Source of the DNA: a virus
Taxonomy: Duplodnaviria; Caudoviricetes
Length of the DNA stretch: 52,094 nucleotides
Reading direction: 5' to 3' (one strand)
Virus record (IMG/VR): IMGVR_UViG_3300042923_000131
Location: 1-52,094 of that record
The first letter of the stretch is position 1, and each line of letters opens with the position of its first letter. Shown one piece after another: positions 17,641 to 28,700 of this stretch. Position numbers and translations under genes: made by a program. Under the pieces are notes generated by a model that searched no databases, was not told the DNA's origin, and worked only from the letters and a program-made list of their open reading frames with translations.

Positions 17641-18687
17641 ATGAGTATATTTGATTTAATAACAAGTCAAGAACTGTCAGCTTATTGGTTAGAGCTTACA
17701 CAAGATAAAGAATCTTTTATCGGTGAAGAATTATTTCCAGATAACCAAAAAAGAGGTATAGACCTTAAATGGATTAAAGGTGTAAAAGGATTACCAGTAG
17801 TATTAAAGACAAGTGCTTTTGATGTAGCAGCTATTCCAAGAACAAGAATAGGGTTCGATAAATTAATGACCTCTATGCCATTCTTTAAAGAGTCAATTTA
17901 TGTTGATGAGGAATTAAGACAAGAACTTAATTTAGTTTTGGAAACAGGAAATCAAGCTTACATAGATTCTGTTATGACAAAAGTATTTGATGATGAAATT
18001 AGATTGATTGAGTCAGCGGCAGTTTCAAGAGAGAGAATGAGAATGCAATGTATTACAACTGGTATTGTTGCTATGTCAGCAAATGGACAAGCTTTTGTTT
18101 ATGATTATGGTGTTCCAGAATCTCACAAAGGTAATCCTGTAGTTGCTTGGGCAGACTATGCAAATGCAGACCCATTAGAAGATATCAGAGTTGCTAGAGA
18201 TTTAATTTATGATGAAACAGGAACAACTGTAACAAGAGCGATCTGTAACACTTTTACTTGGAGAAAGCTTAGGAATAATGATTTTATTAAGAAAGCAATA
18301 TTTGTGTTAACAAACGGTGTAGGAGCTCTGACAGATTCTCAACTAGCTGAATACATTTCTAATCAAGTGGATATAGATATTGTTATTAATGATAAACGAT
18401 ATGTAGACGAAACAGGAGCTACTAATAGATATGTAGGTGATGATATCTTTGTATTACTTCCACCACAAACTCTAGGTAATACTTGGTTTGGAACTACACC
18501 AGAACAATCAGATTTAATGACGAGTGCGATCGCAAACGTATCAATAGTAGACACAGGAGTTGCAATTACTACTATTGAAGAGTCAGACCCAGTAAATGTA
18601 CAAACAAAAGTTACTCAAGTTTGTTTGCCTTCTTTTGAAGCGGCAGATGAAATCTATATTATGGATGTATCAGTAGCTGCCGTATAG
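17641..18687 (+). CDS. Major capsid protein (lambda gpE-like family)
   Basis: 348 aa, LFP, PFFKES, ERMRMQ, YDYGV, ADPLEDI, GNTWFGTTPE. Confidence 0.9.
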   Translation: MSIFDLITSQELSAYWLELTQDKESFIGEELFPDNQKRGIDLKWIKGVKGLPVVLKTSAFDVAAIPRTRIGFDKLMTSMPFFKESIYVDEELRQELNLVLETGNQAYIDSVMTKVFDDEIRLIESAAVSRERMRMQCITTGIVAMSANGQAFVYDYGVPESHKGNPVVAWADYANADPLEDIRVARDLIYDETGTTVTRAICNTFTWRKLRNNDFIKKAIFVLTNGVGALTDSQLAEYISNQVDIDIVINDKRYVDETGATNRYVGDDIFVLLPPQTLGNTWFGTTPEQSDLMTSAIANVSIVDTGVAITTIEESDPVNVQTKVTQVCLPSFEAADEIYIMDVSVAAV

Positions 18688-18729
18688 GCAGCTTTAACTC
18701 TTTAATAAAATAAAATGGAGGTAAGTAAA

Positions 18730-19041
18730 ATGTCTTTAGTTAAAATGAAAAATTTATTAGGTAATGAGATATCAATTCCTAGAGGAGCAGTAAAATCTTA
18801 TGAGAGTCTAGGATTTGAAGAAGTAATTGTAGTAGTAGAAGAAGTAGATACGCAAGAAGATACAAGAGAAGAAGATTTACTTTTAGCTCAAATTATAGAG
18901 ATAGAAGAAAAACCAATAAGTAATTGGAGTAAAGAAGAAGTTAAGCTTTACGCAGACCATTATGAAATTGAATTGACAGGAACTAAAAATGTAAATGAAG
19001 CAAAAGAAAGAATCAAAAATTTCATGTCAGCAAAAAAGTAG
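18730..19041 (+). CDS. Head-associated small protein with a HeH/LEM-like C-terminus
   Basis: SD GGAGG; SNWSKEEVKLYADHYEIEL; follows MCP. Confidence 0.55.
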   Translation: MSLVKMKNLLGNEISIPRGAVKSYESLGFEEVIVVVEEVDTQEDTREEDLLLAQIIEIEEKPISNWSKEEVKLYADHYEIELTGTKNVNEAKERIKNFMSAKK

Positions 19042-19050
19042 GTGTAATTT

Positions 19051-19317
19051 ATGGCCTTAACAGATATACAAAGAATGAGAAAAATTCTTAGAGACGAAGA
19101 AGCTGGTTTAAGTATGTTCTCTGATGATGATTTACAGTTTTATATAGATGAAAATGATGGTGATATAAATAAGGCTATATATCAATGTTTGATAATTAAA
19201 TCAGAAAATGGTAGTATTTCTATTACAGGATTATCTATGGCAGAAACATCAAGTTACTATAAGAGATTAGCTTCAACATATAGACCTAATAACTCTGGTA
19301 TTCTAGGAGGTAACTAA
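19051..19317 (+). CDS. Head-tail adaptor
   Basis: Size and position, FSDDDLQFYI. Confidence 0.65.
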   Translation: MALTDIQRMRKILRDEEAGLSMFSDDDLQFYIDENDGDINKAIYQCLIIKSENGSISITGLSMAETSSYYKRLASTYRPNNSGILGGN

Positions 19318-19318
19318 T

Positions 19319-19729
19319 ATGGATATAGCTGCTTTGAGCTCACAGAATTTAAAAAAAGTTAGAAGTAGGATTGATTTAGAAGTTAGAAGATTAGGCAAAG
19401 ATATATCATACAAAAGACCTTTATGGGAACAAGATAAAATGAAAGGTACTAAGTTAAAAAGTCAAGATGATTTAGGAACTTTTAAATCTCTATTAATAAA
19501 TGCTTCTGGAAAAGTACAAATAAAAGAAGTAGAAGGAGGCAAGAAATTTGAAATCACAAATACTTGCATTGTTCCTTATACTGAACAAGCCAATTTTAAA
19601 ATCTATGATTGGTTTGAAGATGAGTTAAAAAGATATACAGTAGTAGATGCAAATAATATAAATGATATGAATATATATTGGTTGTTAACTCTTTCTGCTG
19701 AATTGAAAGAAGTTCAAAAATATGGGTGA
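19319..19729 (+). CDS. Head closure protein
   Basis: Position and size in the neck module. Confidence 0.5.
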   Translation: MDIAALSSQNLKKVRSRIDLEVRRLGKDISYKRPLWEQDKMKGTKLKSQDDLGTFKSLLINASGKVQIKEVEGGKKFEITNTCIVPYTEQANFKIYDWFEDELKRYTVVDANNINDMNIYWLLTLSAELKEVQKYG

Positions 19730-20099
19730 TTTTAAAATACAATTTGATGCTAAAGATTTATCTAAAAAAATAAAAGATATCGATTATAAGTTTAGTTCTA
19801 AAGATTATACTGGGTTAACTATGATTCTCCAAATAGCAGCTACTAAGATGGCTGGCTGGGCTAAAGTAAATAAACCTTGGACAACAAGAACTGGAGACGC
19901 TCAGAGAAGATTAACTGGTAGAGCTTACTGGGAAGATTCAAAAACTGTCACAGCTGTAGTTGAGCATCAAGTACATTATGGCGTATGGTTAGAACTTGCA
20001 CGTCAAGGTAAATATGCTATATTAGAAAAATCAATAGAAGAACATAAAATTGAAATTTTAGAATCAGTTGCTATCTATCTTGAGAAAGTAATAAAATAG
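19722..20099 (+). CDS. Neck protein (HK97 gp10-like)
   Basis: AKVNKPWTTRTG, HQVHYGVWLE. Confidence 0.7.
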   Translation: MGDFKIQFDAKDLSKKIKDIDYKFSSKDYTGLTMILQIAATKMAGWAKVNKPWTTRTGDAQRRLTGRAYWEDSKTVTAVVEHQVHYGVWLELARQGKYAILEKSIEEHKIEILESVAIYLEKVIK

Positions 20100-20114
20100 A
20101 GGTGAGATATAGCT

Positions 20115-20459
20115 ATGAAAAGATGGAATAGAGAAATATTATTTACATATCTTGATAGTATTTTTGATACTTATAGCATAGGACAAAAATATCAATATAG
20201 CGAAACTCCTTATATAGTTTTAAAAGGAATGAGTCAAAGTGTAGGTAATAACATAATAGGTGGTTGGCAATATTATAGAATAATGTGTTATGTTCCTGAT
20301 ACTTCTATTTCAGAATTAGACGGAATGATTGAAATAATTAAAAGTAATTTAAAAGGAACAAACTTAGAGATAACAGGAACTTTAAGTGAAGATTATAAAG
20401 ATACAGAAATTAGCATGTATATGAGATATGTAGATATTAGAATACCAAAGGAGGTATAA
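20115..20459 (+). CDS. Tail terminator protein
   Basis: PYIV motif; directly before the major tail gene. Confidence 0.55.
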   Translation: MKRWNREILFTYLDSIFDTYSIGQKYQYSETPYIVLKGMSQSVGNNIIGGWQYYRIMCYVPDTSISELDGMIEIIKSNLKGTNLEITGTLSEDYKDTEISMYMRYVDIRIPKEV

Positions 20460-20460
20460 A

Positions 20461-21276
20461 ATGAAAGATGTTCTTTATGGAATAAAATTAGTAGTATTGG
20501 AAGAACTTGATAAAGTTACACAACTACCAAAGGAAGGCGGAATCGTTTGTAATATTGAGACTGCTGAATCTGCTGAAATGGAATCAGTAGTAAGTGAAGG
20601 TGAAGAAGAGAACAAAAGAACTGATGATAGAATATTAGCTGTAGTTAGAACTCCTGATTTACTTTATGGATATGATATTAAGCTTACAGATAATACTTTT
20701 GACCCAGAGATCGCTTCATTAATTGAAGGTGGAGTTTTAAAATTAAACGAAACAGGAGAAGTTATAGGCTATAGAGCTCCAATGATTGCAGAAGGTTCAA
20801 CTAATATGAAACACTTTAGAGCTACAATCTATGTAGCTAATTATGAAGGTGATAGTATTAAGAATTATGTAAAAGTTATCTGTAACAATTGTTCAGGAAC
20901 TGCTCCGGGTTTTAAAGCAGGAAAAGAGTTCTATGCTCCAGAAATGACAATAAGAGCTAGAGAAGCAACAAAAGCAGGGTTGCCAGTTAAAGAGATTGAT
21001 TATGCTTTAGAGTTACCAATCAAGATAGCTCCGATAGTCACGTCAACTACGATTGGTACACTTAATAGTTTTGACGAAACGATAACAGATATTCCTGCTG
21101 CTACTACAGTTTCTAGTTTCTTATTAGGAATATCAACAAGTTACATTTGCAGTAAGAAAATTAACACTACGCTAGGAGTACAGAAAACGTCAGGAGACTT
21201 AGTCACAGGAGATATCTTAGTAGTATTTGATTTAGAAAGTGGTCTCAATACAGAGTATGTTTTAACAGTAGTATAA
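20461..21276 (+). CDS. Major tail (tube) protein with C-terminal extra domain
   Basis: Position before TAC/TMP, 271 aa, beta-rich Thr-rich C-terminus. Confidence 0.7.
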   Translation: MKDVLYGIKLVVLEELDKVTQLPKEGGIVCNIETAESAEMESVVSEGEEENKRTDDRILAVVRTPDLLYGYDIKLTDNTFDPEIASLIEGGVLKLNETGEVIGYRAPMIAEGSTNMKHFRATIYVANYEGDSIKNYVKVICNNCSGTAPGFKAGKEFYAPEMTIRAREATKAGLPVKEIDYALELPIKIAPIVTSTTIGTLNSFDETITDIPAATTVSSFLLGISTSYICSKKINTTLGVQKTSGDLVTGDILVVFDLESGLNTEYVLTVV

Positions 21277-21307
21277 GTATCTATTAAACAATAAAGGAGA
21301 ATTTAAA

Positions 21308-21787
21308 ATGAGCGTTATAACAATAGAGCAAATGAAAAACAAAAGTACAACAGAAGTAAATATTATTGGTTTTGAAAAAGGTGAGCAGATTACTTTAAGA
21401 TTAAAAAGAATAAGTCTTTTAGGTTTAGTTAAAAGTGGAAAGATACCAAATAAGCTTTTAACTGATGCTACTGAATTATTTGAAACAGTTAAAAATAAAG
21501 AAAATAAAGAAGATAAAGAAGATAAAGCAAAAGATGTACTAGGCTCTTTAGATGGTGTTTCAAATATAAGCAAGATATTAGAAGTAGTTTGTGAAGAAGC
21601 TATGATTGAGCCAAAATATCAAGAAGTATCTGAGTACTTAACAGATGACCAAAAGATGGAAATATTCAATTGGACACAAGGTGGTGTAGCAGATTTAGAA
21701 ACGTTTCGTGAAAAGCCGAGAGATATTGGACTTACTATCGATGAGCAAGATGTACAAAGTACGCCCGAGTCAGTTAATAGGTATTGA
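21308..21787 (+). CDS. Tail assembly chaperone (gpG-like)
   Basis: Position; GKIPNKLL, LTDDQKMEIF. Confidence 0.75.
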   Translation: MSVITIEQMKNKSTTEVNIIGFEKGEQITLRLKRISLLGLVKSGKIPNKLLTDATELFETVKNKENKEDKEDKAKDVLGSLDGVSNISKILEVVCEEAMIEPKYQEVSEYLTDDQKMEIFNWTQGGVADLETFREKPRDIGLTIDEQDVQSTPESVNRY

Positions 21788-21926
21788 AGAAGTATATGAT
21801 GCTTATTGTTTTGATGAAGCTTGTGTCTATATAATAAATCAGATAGACAACAAAAAAGTTCCTCATTTTCCAGAGGATGTAAAAGAAAATCCATTACTTA
21901 AAAAATTAGAGGCTGGGACTTTTTAG
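21705..21926 (+). CDS. Frameshifted C-terminal extension of the tail chaperone (gpGT-like, +1 frame)
   Basis: +1-frame ORF opens just after TAG 21696-21698 at TTT CGT (21704-21709); RPSQLIGI..YDAYCFDEAC. Confidence 0.65.
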   Translation, partial: FVKSREILDLLSMSKMYKVRPSQLIGIEEVYDAYCFDEACVYIINQIDNKKVPHFPEDVKENPLLKKLEAGTF

Positions 21927-21950
21927 AGATAAAGAATCCTAGCCTTTTTT
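21910..21950 (+). terminator. Terminator-like hairpin before the tape measure gene
   Basis: AGGCTGGGA...TCCTAGCCT followed by TTTTT. Confidence 0.5.
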
Positions 21951-21992
21951 ATCAAGTATTAGCAAAATTTCAGAATATGGAGGTGATAATTA

Positions 21993-24900
21993 ATGTCGAA
22001 TGTAGTTGGTTCTATAATGGCTAAGATGATGTTGAATATAGATAATTTTAGTAGTAATTTATCTAAAGTACAAAGTAGTATAGAAATGACAGGTAAAAAA
22101 TTAGAAGGATTAGATAAGTTTGGTGCAGGTTTAATATCTGTCGGAGGAGCGTTAACGAAAGGTGTAACACTTCCTATTTTAGCGATAGGAGCAGCAGCAG
22201 TCAAAACATCATCAGATTTTAACGCAAGTATGTCGAAAGTTCAAGCCATATCTGGAGCAACAGGAGAACAGTTAGCATCTCTAAAAGATAAAGCTATAGA
22301 GATGGGTGCTAAGACTAAATTTAGCGCAAGTGAGTCAGCGGAAGCATTTCAATACATGGCAATGGCTGGTTGGAAAACAGAAGATATGCTACAAGGTATA
22401 AGTGGTATTATGAATCTTGCAGCTGCTGATGGATTAGATTTAGCAACTACGTCAGATATAGTAACAGATGCTCTGACTGCATTTGGATTAAAAGCTTCAG
22501 ATTCTGGAAGGTTTGCAGATGTGTTAGCAGCAGCTTCTAGTAACGCAAATACTAATGTATCAATGTTAGGAGAATCATTTAAGTATGTGGCTCCAGTAGC
22601 TGGTGCTTTAGGTTTCTCAGTAGAAGATACAAGTATAGCTTTAGGTTTAATGGCGAATGCTGGTATAAAAGCAAGTCAATCAGGAACTTCTCTTAGAGGA
22701 GCTTTTACTAGAATGATTAAACCAACTGATAAAGCAGCAGCGTTGATGGATAAATATCACTTATCAATGACTAATTCAGATGGTAGTATGAAATCATTAA
22801 GTGAAGTAATGGGAGACTTGAGAAGTAATTTAGGAAACTTAACTGAAGCTCAACAAGCGGAAGTTGCAGCTACAATATTTGGTCAAGAAGCAATGTCTGG
22901 TATGCTAGCTATAATTAATGCTTCACCTGAGGATTATGAAAAACTATCAAGTGCAATTTACAATTCAGAAGGTGTAGCTACAGAAATGGCCGAAACAATG
23001 CAAGATAACCTTAAAGGTTCTTTAGAACAAACAGGTGGAGCAATAGAGACTCTTGCTATAAAAATAGGAGATATACTTGAACCTAAGATTAGAGCCATAG
23101 TTGATAAAGTAGGTGAATTTGTAGACAAGCTAAATGAAATGGATAGTGAAACTTTAGAGTCTATAATTTCTTTTGCATTGATGGCAGCAGCTATAGGGCC
23201 GATATTGTTAGTTATAGGTAATCTTATAAAAATTTTCGTAAAAGTATCTGAAGCAGTTGCGGCAGTTAAAGAGTCGTTTGCCTTATTTAAAATAGCGACA
23301 GGTTTAGCTACTGGACCAATAATTTTAATCGTTGCAGCCGTAGTTGCTTTTATTGCTATATTAGTTCATCTTTGGAAAACGAATGAAGAGTTTAGAAATA
23401 AAATAATAGATTCTTTTAATCAGATGAAAGAAACAGTTACTCCTATTTTTGAAAAAATAGGAAGTATGTTATCTGATTTATGGAACAATATTTTAGTTCC
23501 TTTTGGAAGTTTTATGCTTGATGTATTTGCTCCGATATTTGCTGCAGCTATAGGAATAATCATGGATTTATTTACTGGATTAATTCAAATAATTGGTGGA
23601 GTTATAGATTTCTTAACAGGAGTATTTACAGGAAATTGGCAACTAGCTTGGGATGGAATAAAACAAATATTCGAAGGTGTATGGACTATGATTTCTGGTA
23701 TATTTACAGGAATATGGGATGCTATATTAGGAGTACTACAAGTAGTCTGGGGAGTAATTGGTGAGACTATAACTAATGCTTGGAATAGTGTAGTTGAATA
23801 TCTTGTAGGAGCTTGGAATAATTTAACTTTAATGATAACAGAAATATTTACAAATATAGGCTTATTTTTACAAGGCTCAGGAGAAAGTATAAGTAATATA
23901 TTTACTACAGTATGGAATGCGATTTATGAATTTTTATCAGGAGTAGTAAGTGGAATTTTAGATTTCATAAATGAACACTTTGGAGCTTTTTTCGAAAACA
24001 TAAGTAATATAATGACAGCTGTTTGGACTATTATAACAACTATTTGGGATTCAATAAAAGTAGTAGTGCTAGGCTTAGTAGCAGTATTTTTAGATTTGAT
24101 AGCTGGAAATTTTGAAGGTGCTAAAGAAACAATAAATAATATTATGGAAAGATTAAGAGAAAATTTTGATAAGATATGGAACGCAATAAAAACAGTAGTG
24201 TCAAATGTAGTTGATGGAATTAGGAATTATAGTGAAGGCGTTTTATCTTCTATGAAAGATATAATATTGAATATATTGAAAGCAATTGCAACTTTGTTTA
24301 CTAATATTTTTGATGCTATATGGAACTTTTTAAAGGGAGTTTGGGAAGGTATCAAGAAAACTTTTACAGATTCTTTAAATTCTATAAAAACTTGGGTAGA
24401 TAAGACATTTAATAGTTTGAAAGATGGAATACCTAACGCAATGGCTAACATGAAGACAGCAGTAGTAAACGGTTTTAATAATGCAATAGATTGGATAAAA
24501 GGATTACCTAAACAAGCTCTTACTTGGGGTAAAGATATGATAGATGGTTTCATAGATGGTGTTAATAAAAAACTATCAGCTTTAGGAGATGCTGCAAAGG
24601 GAGCAGCTAATAAGATTAAAAGTTATTTAGGCTTCTCAGTTCCAGAAGATGGGCCACTTCATGATTATGAAAGTTACATGCCTCATATGATTCAAGGGTT
24701 AACTTCTACTTTGAAAAGAGAAATGCCAACATTGATGAATGTAGTAAAAAGTATTACTGATAATATGTCTAGTATGTTACAAGCTCAACCTGATTTAGCT
24801 ATGGCAGGTATTGGAAGTGAAATAGATGCAGAGACTGGTATTTTTAATAGGTCTATAAATGTAGAGTATAATAGGAAGAAAAAAGAATATGAAGAAAAAA

Positions 24901-25055
24901 ATGATAAATCAGATTCGGATAATAAAGATACTGAGAATAATAATAAATATGTTATAGAAGTTCCTATAACTTTGGATGGAAGAACTATAGCAAAAGCAAC
25001 AGCGGAATTTACTGATGAAGAGTTATTAAAAATTAAGAAAAGAAAAGAGAGGTGA
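21993..25055 (+). CDS. Tape measure protein (TP901 family)
   Basis: 1020 aa, TKFSASESAEA..YMAMAGW, NTNVSMLGESFKY, W/F periodic helical repeats, FSVPEDGPL. Confidence 0.92.
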   Translation: MSNVVGSIMAKMMLNIDNFSSNLSKVQSSIEMTGKKLEGLDKFGAGLISVGGALTKGVTLPILAIGAAAVKTSSDFNASMSKVQAISGATGEQLASLKDKAIEMGAKTKFSASESAEAFQYMAMAGWKTEDMLQGISGIMNLAAADGLDLATTSDIVTDALTAFGLKASDSGRFADVLAAASSNANTNVSMLGESFKYVAPVAGALGFSVEDTSIALGLMANAGIKASQSGTSLRGAFTRMIKPTDKAAALMDKYHLSMTNSDGSMKSLSEVMGDLRSNLGNLTEAQQAEVAATIFGQEAMSGMLAIINASPEDYEKLSSAIYNSEGVATEMAETMQDNLKGSLEQTGGAIETLAIKIGDILEPKIRAIVDKVGEFVDKLNEMDSETLESIISFALMAAAIGPILLVIGNLIKIFVKVSEAVAAVKESFALFKIATGLATGPIILIVAAVVAFIAILVHLWKTNEEFRNKIIDSFNQMKETVTPIFEKIGSMLSDLWNNILVPFGSFMLDVFAPIFAAAIGIIMDLFTGLIQIIGGVIDFLTGVFTGNWQLAWDGIKQIFEGVWTMISGIFTGIWDAILGVLQVVWGVIGETITNAWNSVVEYLVGAWNNLTLMITEIFTNIGLFLQGSGESISNIFTTVWNAIYEFLSGVVSGILDFINEHFGAFFENISNIMTAVWTIITTIWDSIKVVVLGLVAVFLDLIAGNFEGAKETINNIMERLRENFDKIWNAIKTVVSNVVDGIRNYSEGVLSSMKDIILNILKAIATLFTNIFDAIWNFLKGVWEGIKKTFTDSLNSIKTWVDKTFNSLKDGIPNAMANMKTAVVNGFNNAIDWIKGLPKQALTWGKDMIDGFIDGVNKKLSALGDAAKGAANKIKSYLGFSVPEDGPLHDYESYMPHMIQGLTSTLKREMPTLMNVVKSITDNMSSMLQAQPDLAMAGIGSEIDAETGIFNRSINVEYNRKKKEYEEKNDKSDSDNKDTENNNKYVIEVPITLDGRTIAKATAEFTDEELLKIKKRKER

Positions 25056-25060
25056 TAAAT

Positions 25061-25786
25061 ATGGGCAATGATTACTTTGTTTTTGATGATATAACTTCTA
25101 CGAATAAATATATATATTTGATAAATTATACGCCTATATTTATTCCTGAGAGTAAAAAAAGTTATAAAGAACTTAATAGTTCTAATGATACGATAATAAG
25201 TAAAAACGATTCTTATAAAGATGTTAATATAAATTGTGAAGTTGCTATTTTAGGAAATGATGAAATAGATATAGCAAATAAAGTAAGTGAAGCAACTATC
25301 TGGTTATCTAAAAGAAGTAAGTTAAGATTTTGGGATTCTTTAGACAAGTATTATATAGGAGAAGTTTACGGTTTAATTGAAATGAGTAGAAAAAGAAGAT
25401 GGAATGATTTCACAATTAACTTTAGATGTAATCCTATTAAATATGGCTTAGAAGTAATTACAAATTATAGTGTTCAAGAAAAAAATAATTTAGGAACTTA
25501 CAAGACAAAAGGAAAAATAAATGCTACCATAAAACAAAACACAAGTTTTGTAACTTTTACATTGTTGAGCACAGGAGAGAAGGTTCATATTATAGACTCT
25601 TTTTTAGTAGACGATGTTGTAGAAGTAGATTTATTATTAGGAAAAGTATTTAAGAATGGAGTTCTGATAAATAAAAAAGTAAGCTTAGAGAGTGATTTCT
25701 TTTTTATACCTAGTGGAGAGTATTCAATTATAGCCAATCCATCAAGCACAATTTTCGACATAAGCTATATAGAAAGGTGGCTATAA
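25061..25786 (+). CDS. Distal tail protein (Dit)
   Basis: After TMP; FRCNPIKYG, SDFFFI, ends ERWL. Confidence 0.75.
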   Translation: MGNDYFVFDDITSTNKYIYLINYTPIFIPESKKSYKELNSSNDTIISKNDSYKDVNINCEVAILGNDEIDIANKVSEATIWLSKRSKLRFWDSLDKYYIGEVYGLIEMSRKRRWNDFTINFRCNPIKYGLEVITNYSVQEKNNLGTYKTKGKINATIKQNTSFVTFTLLSTGEKVHIIDSFLVDDVVEVDLLLGKVFKNGVLINKKVSLESDFFFIPSGEYSIIANPSSTIFDISYIERWL

Positions 25787-25790
25787 ATAA

Positions 25791-28700
25791 ATGTTCAAAC
25801 TTTTAGATTTGGATGAAGAATATATATGTGATTTAGAAAAAGTAACTATAGCAAAACATGATGTAATAATTAATGGAGTAGATTCTTTGAAACTTGAATT
25901 TCCAGAAGAAGAATCTACTCAAGTTTTAAAAGGTTTCAGAATATTGTTCAAAGATAGATTAGGTTTTTGGAAAGAGCATGTTGTAGATGGTATAGAAGAA
26001 CCTCATAACGAAGAAGGAGTGACGAAATCTTTATACTGTGAGTCTTCTATCTATGAACTTTGTGGAGACTATTTAGACGATGTAAGACCTTACAATGTTA
26101 CGGCTAATATAGCTTTAGAAAATGCTTTATCAACATCAAGATGGGAAGTAGGAATAGTTGATGATTTAGGAATTAAAAGTATTAATTTTTATCATGTATC
26201 AGCTAAAGAAGCTTTAAATGATATTATCAAAACTTGGAAGTGTGAGTTTAGAACTAGAATAGAGATATCTGGAAATAAAATAACTCATAGATATATTGAT
26301 TTACTAGCTAAGTTAGGAACCGATAACGGTAAAAGGTACGAAAACTCAAAAGATTTAATATCAATGACAAGAAAAGTACAAGAAGGAAATATAATAACAG
26401 CTTTGTACGGTTATGGTAAAGGCGAAGAGATAGAAGGTTCTACAGGTTTTGGGAGAAGAATTTCTTTTGAAGATATTGTTTGGGATGTAGCTCAAGGTAA
26501 TCCAATAAATAAACCTTTAGGTCAAAAGTGGCTAGGTTTAGATTCTAAAAAAGAAGTATATGGTAGAAACTCAGAGAACGGAAAAGTACATGTATTTGAT
26601 AGTATAAACTTTGATAACATAACAGACGCAGAAGAACTTATACAAGCTACTTATGATAAATATTTAGAAGTAAGTCAAGAGATAGTAACGTACGAAAGCA
26701 AAGTAGTTGATTTAAAAGATGTAGATAATTTAGAACATGAAGGAGTAGACTTAGGAGATATAGCATCTGTTATAGATAGAGAATATACTCCTGAAATAAG
26801 AGTTAAAGCTAGAGTTATAAGATATGTATATGATTTATTAGATTCAACTAATGATGAAGTAACTTTAGGAAATTATATAGATGGTTTATCAGATTATAAT
26901 TCTAGCAATGATAAGTTTATAGATAATTTAAAAAGTAAGCAAAGTGTATGGGATAGAGCAACGATAATAGATAAAGATGGAACTATTAATTCTCAGTTCT
27001 TGAAAAACTTAGTTGAAGAACTTAATACAAGAATGAATGCCCTTGGAGGCTATGTATACATAAGTGACGCTGGAGAGGGTATTTTAACGATGGATGAGCC
27101 TTTAACTGGAAATCCTACAATGGCTATTCAATTACTGGGTGGTGCTTTCAGAATAGCTGGAAGTAAATTACCAAATGGAGAATGGAACTGGACAACTTTT
27201 GGTGATGGCAATGGTTTCTATGCTGATGCTTTTGTAGGAGGCATACTAAAAGGAGGTAAAGTCAGTTTTAACTTAACTAACGGTACACTCCTTATAGGTA
27301 ATTCAGTAGATGATTATGCTTTAAAGTGGGATGGTACAAAGCTTTGGATTAATGGACTTGGTGTAGAAAGTATTGCATCAGAACAATATGTGAATGATGC
27401 TATAAGTGAAGCACCTCTTTACACTTGGGTTAAATACTCAGATTATCCAGATGGCTCAAGTATGACAGATATATCAACTGGTAAGCTATATGTGGGTCAT
27501 GCTTATAATCAAACTTCTATATCACCCTCAAGTAATAAAGCTGATTACTCTTGGTTACTTGTAAAAGGAGATAAAGGTGACCAAGGGGAACAGGGTGAGC
27601 AAGGTCTTCAAGGGTTACAAGGTATTCAAGGAACTCAGGGTATTAAGGGTGATACAGGTATCGATGGTATTTCATCCTATACCCATATAGCCTATTCAAC
27701 TTCTGCTACTGGTTCTACAGGATTCTCAACAAGCAACCCAGTAGGAGCAACTTATATAGGTATGTATGTAGATAATGTAGAATTAGATAGCACTAATCCA
27801 TCGGCATATAATTGGACTTTGATAAAAGGTGCTGATGGTTCTCAAGGTATTCAAGGGGTTAAAGGTGATGATGGACTTACTCCATACTTACACATAGCTT
27901 ATGCTACAAATGGTACAGGTAGTTCTGGATTCAGTACAACAGATTCAGTTGGAAAAACATACATTGGTCAGTATACAGATTTCATTAGTTCTGATAGTAC
28001 AAATCCTGCTTCTTATTCTTGGACACTTATTAAGGGTGAAACAGGAGCTACTGGAGCGCAAGGATTACAAGGTATTCAAGGAGTGCAAGGAACTCAAGGT
28101 ACAGCAGGAGCTTCACTGTACACTTGGGTTAAATATGCAACTACCCCAACTACTGGAATGAGTGACACCCCTGATGGAAAAGTATATATTGGTTTTGCAT
28201 ATAATAAGACTACAGCCACAGAAAGTTTAACTTACGCTGATTATACTTGGTCTTTAATAAAAGGTGAAGATGGTGCTACAGGGGCAACAGGAGCCAATGG
28301 CACTACAACCTATACTTGGGTCAAATATGCGGATAATATAAGTGGTGGTGGCATGAGTGATAGCCCCACTGATAAACGGTTTTTAGGTATAGCCGTAAAC
28401 AAGACTACCGCTACCGAATCGACCACAGCTACAGACTATACTTGGAGTCCTTTATATGACAACGTGATTGTTGGTGGCAAGAACCTATTTTTAAACAGTA
28501 CGTGGATAAAGGACACCACAAACTGGGGAGAAGGTGTTAGAGATACCGCCGAGCTATTTGAGGGTGATAACAGTTTGCGTAACGTAGTTCCAACTAGTGG
28601 AAGTAGAGATATGTATTCTAATACTATTTCGGTAGTTGCTGGAGAAACATACACTGTATCATATCGACTCAAGGCAAATGTCAATATAGCAACAATGGCT

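Noticed and set aside
27901-28161. 86-aa alternative-frame ORF in the tail-tip gene
   Set aside because: By-product of the repetitive collagen-coding sequence; no SD
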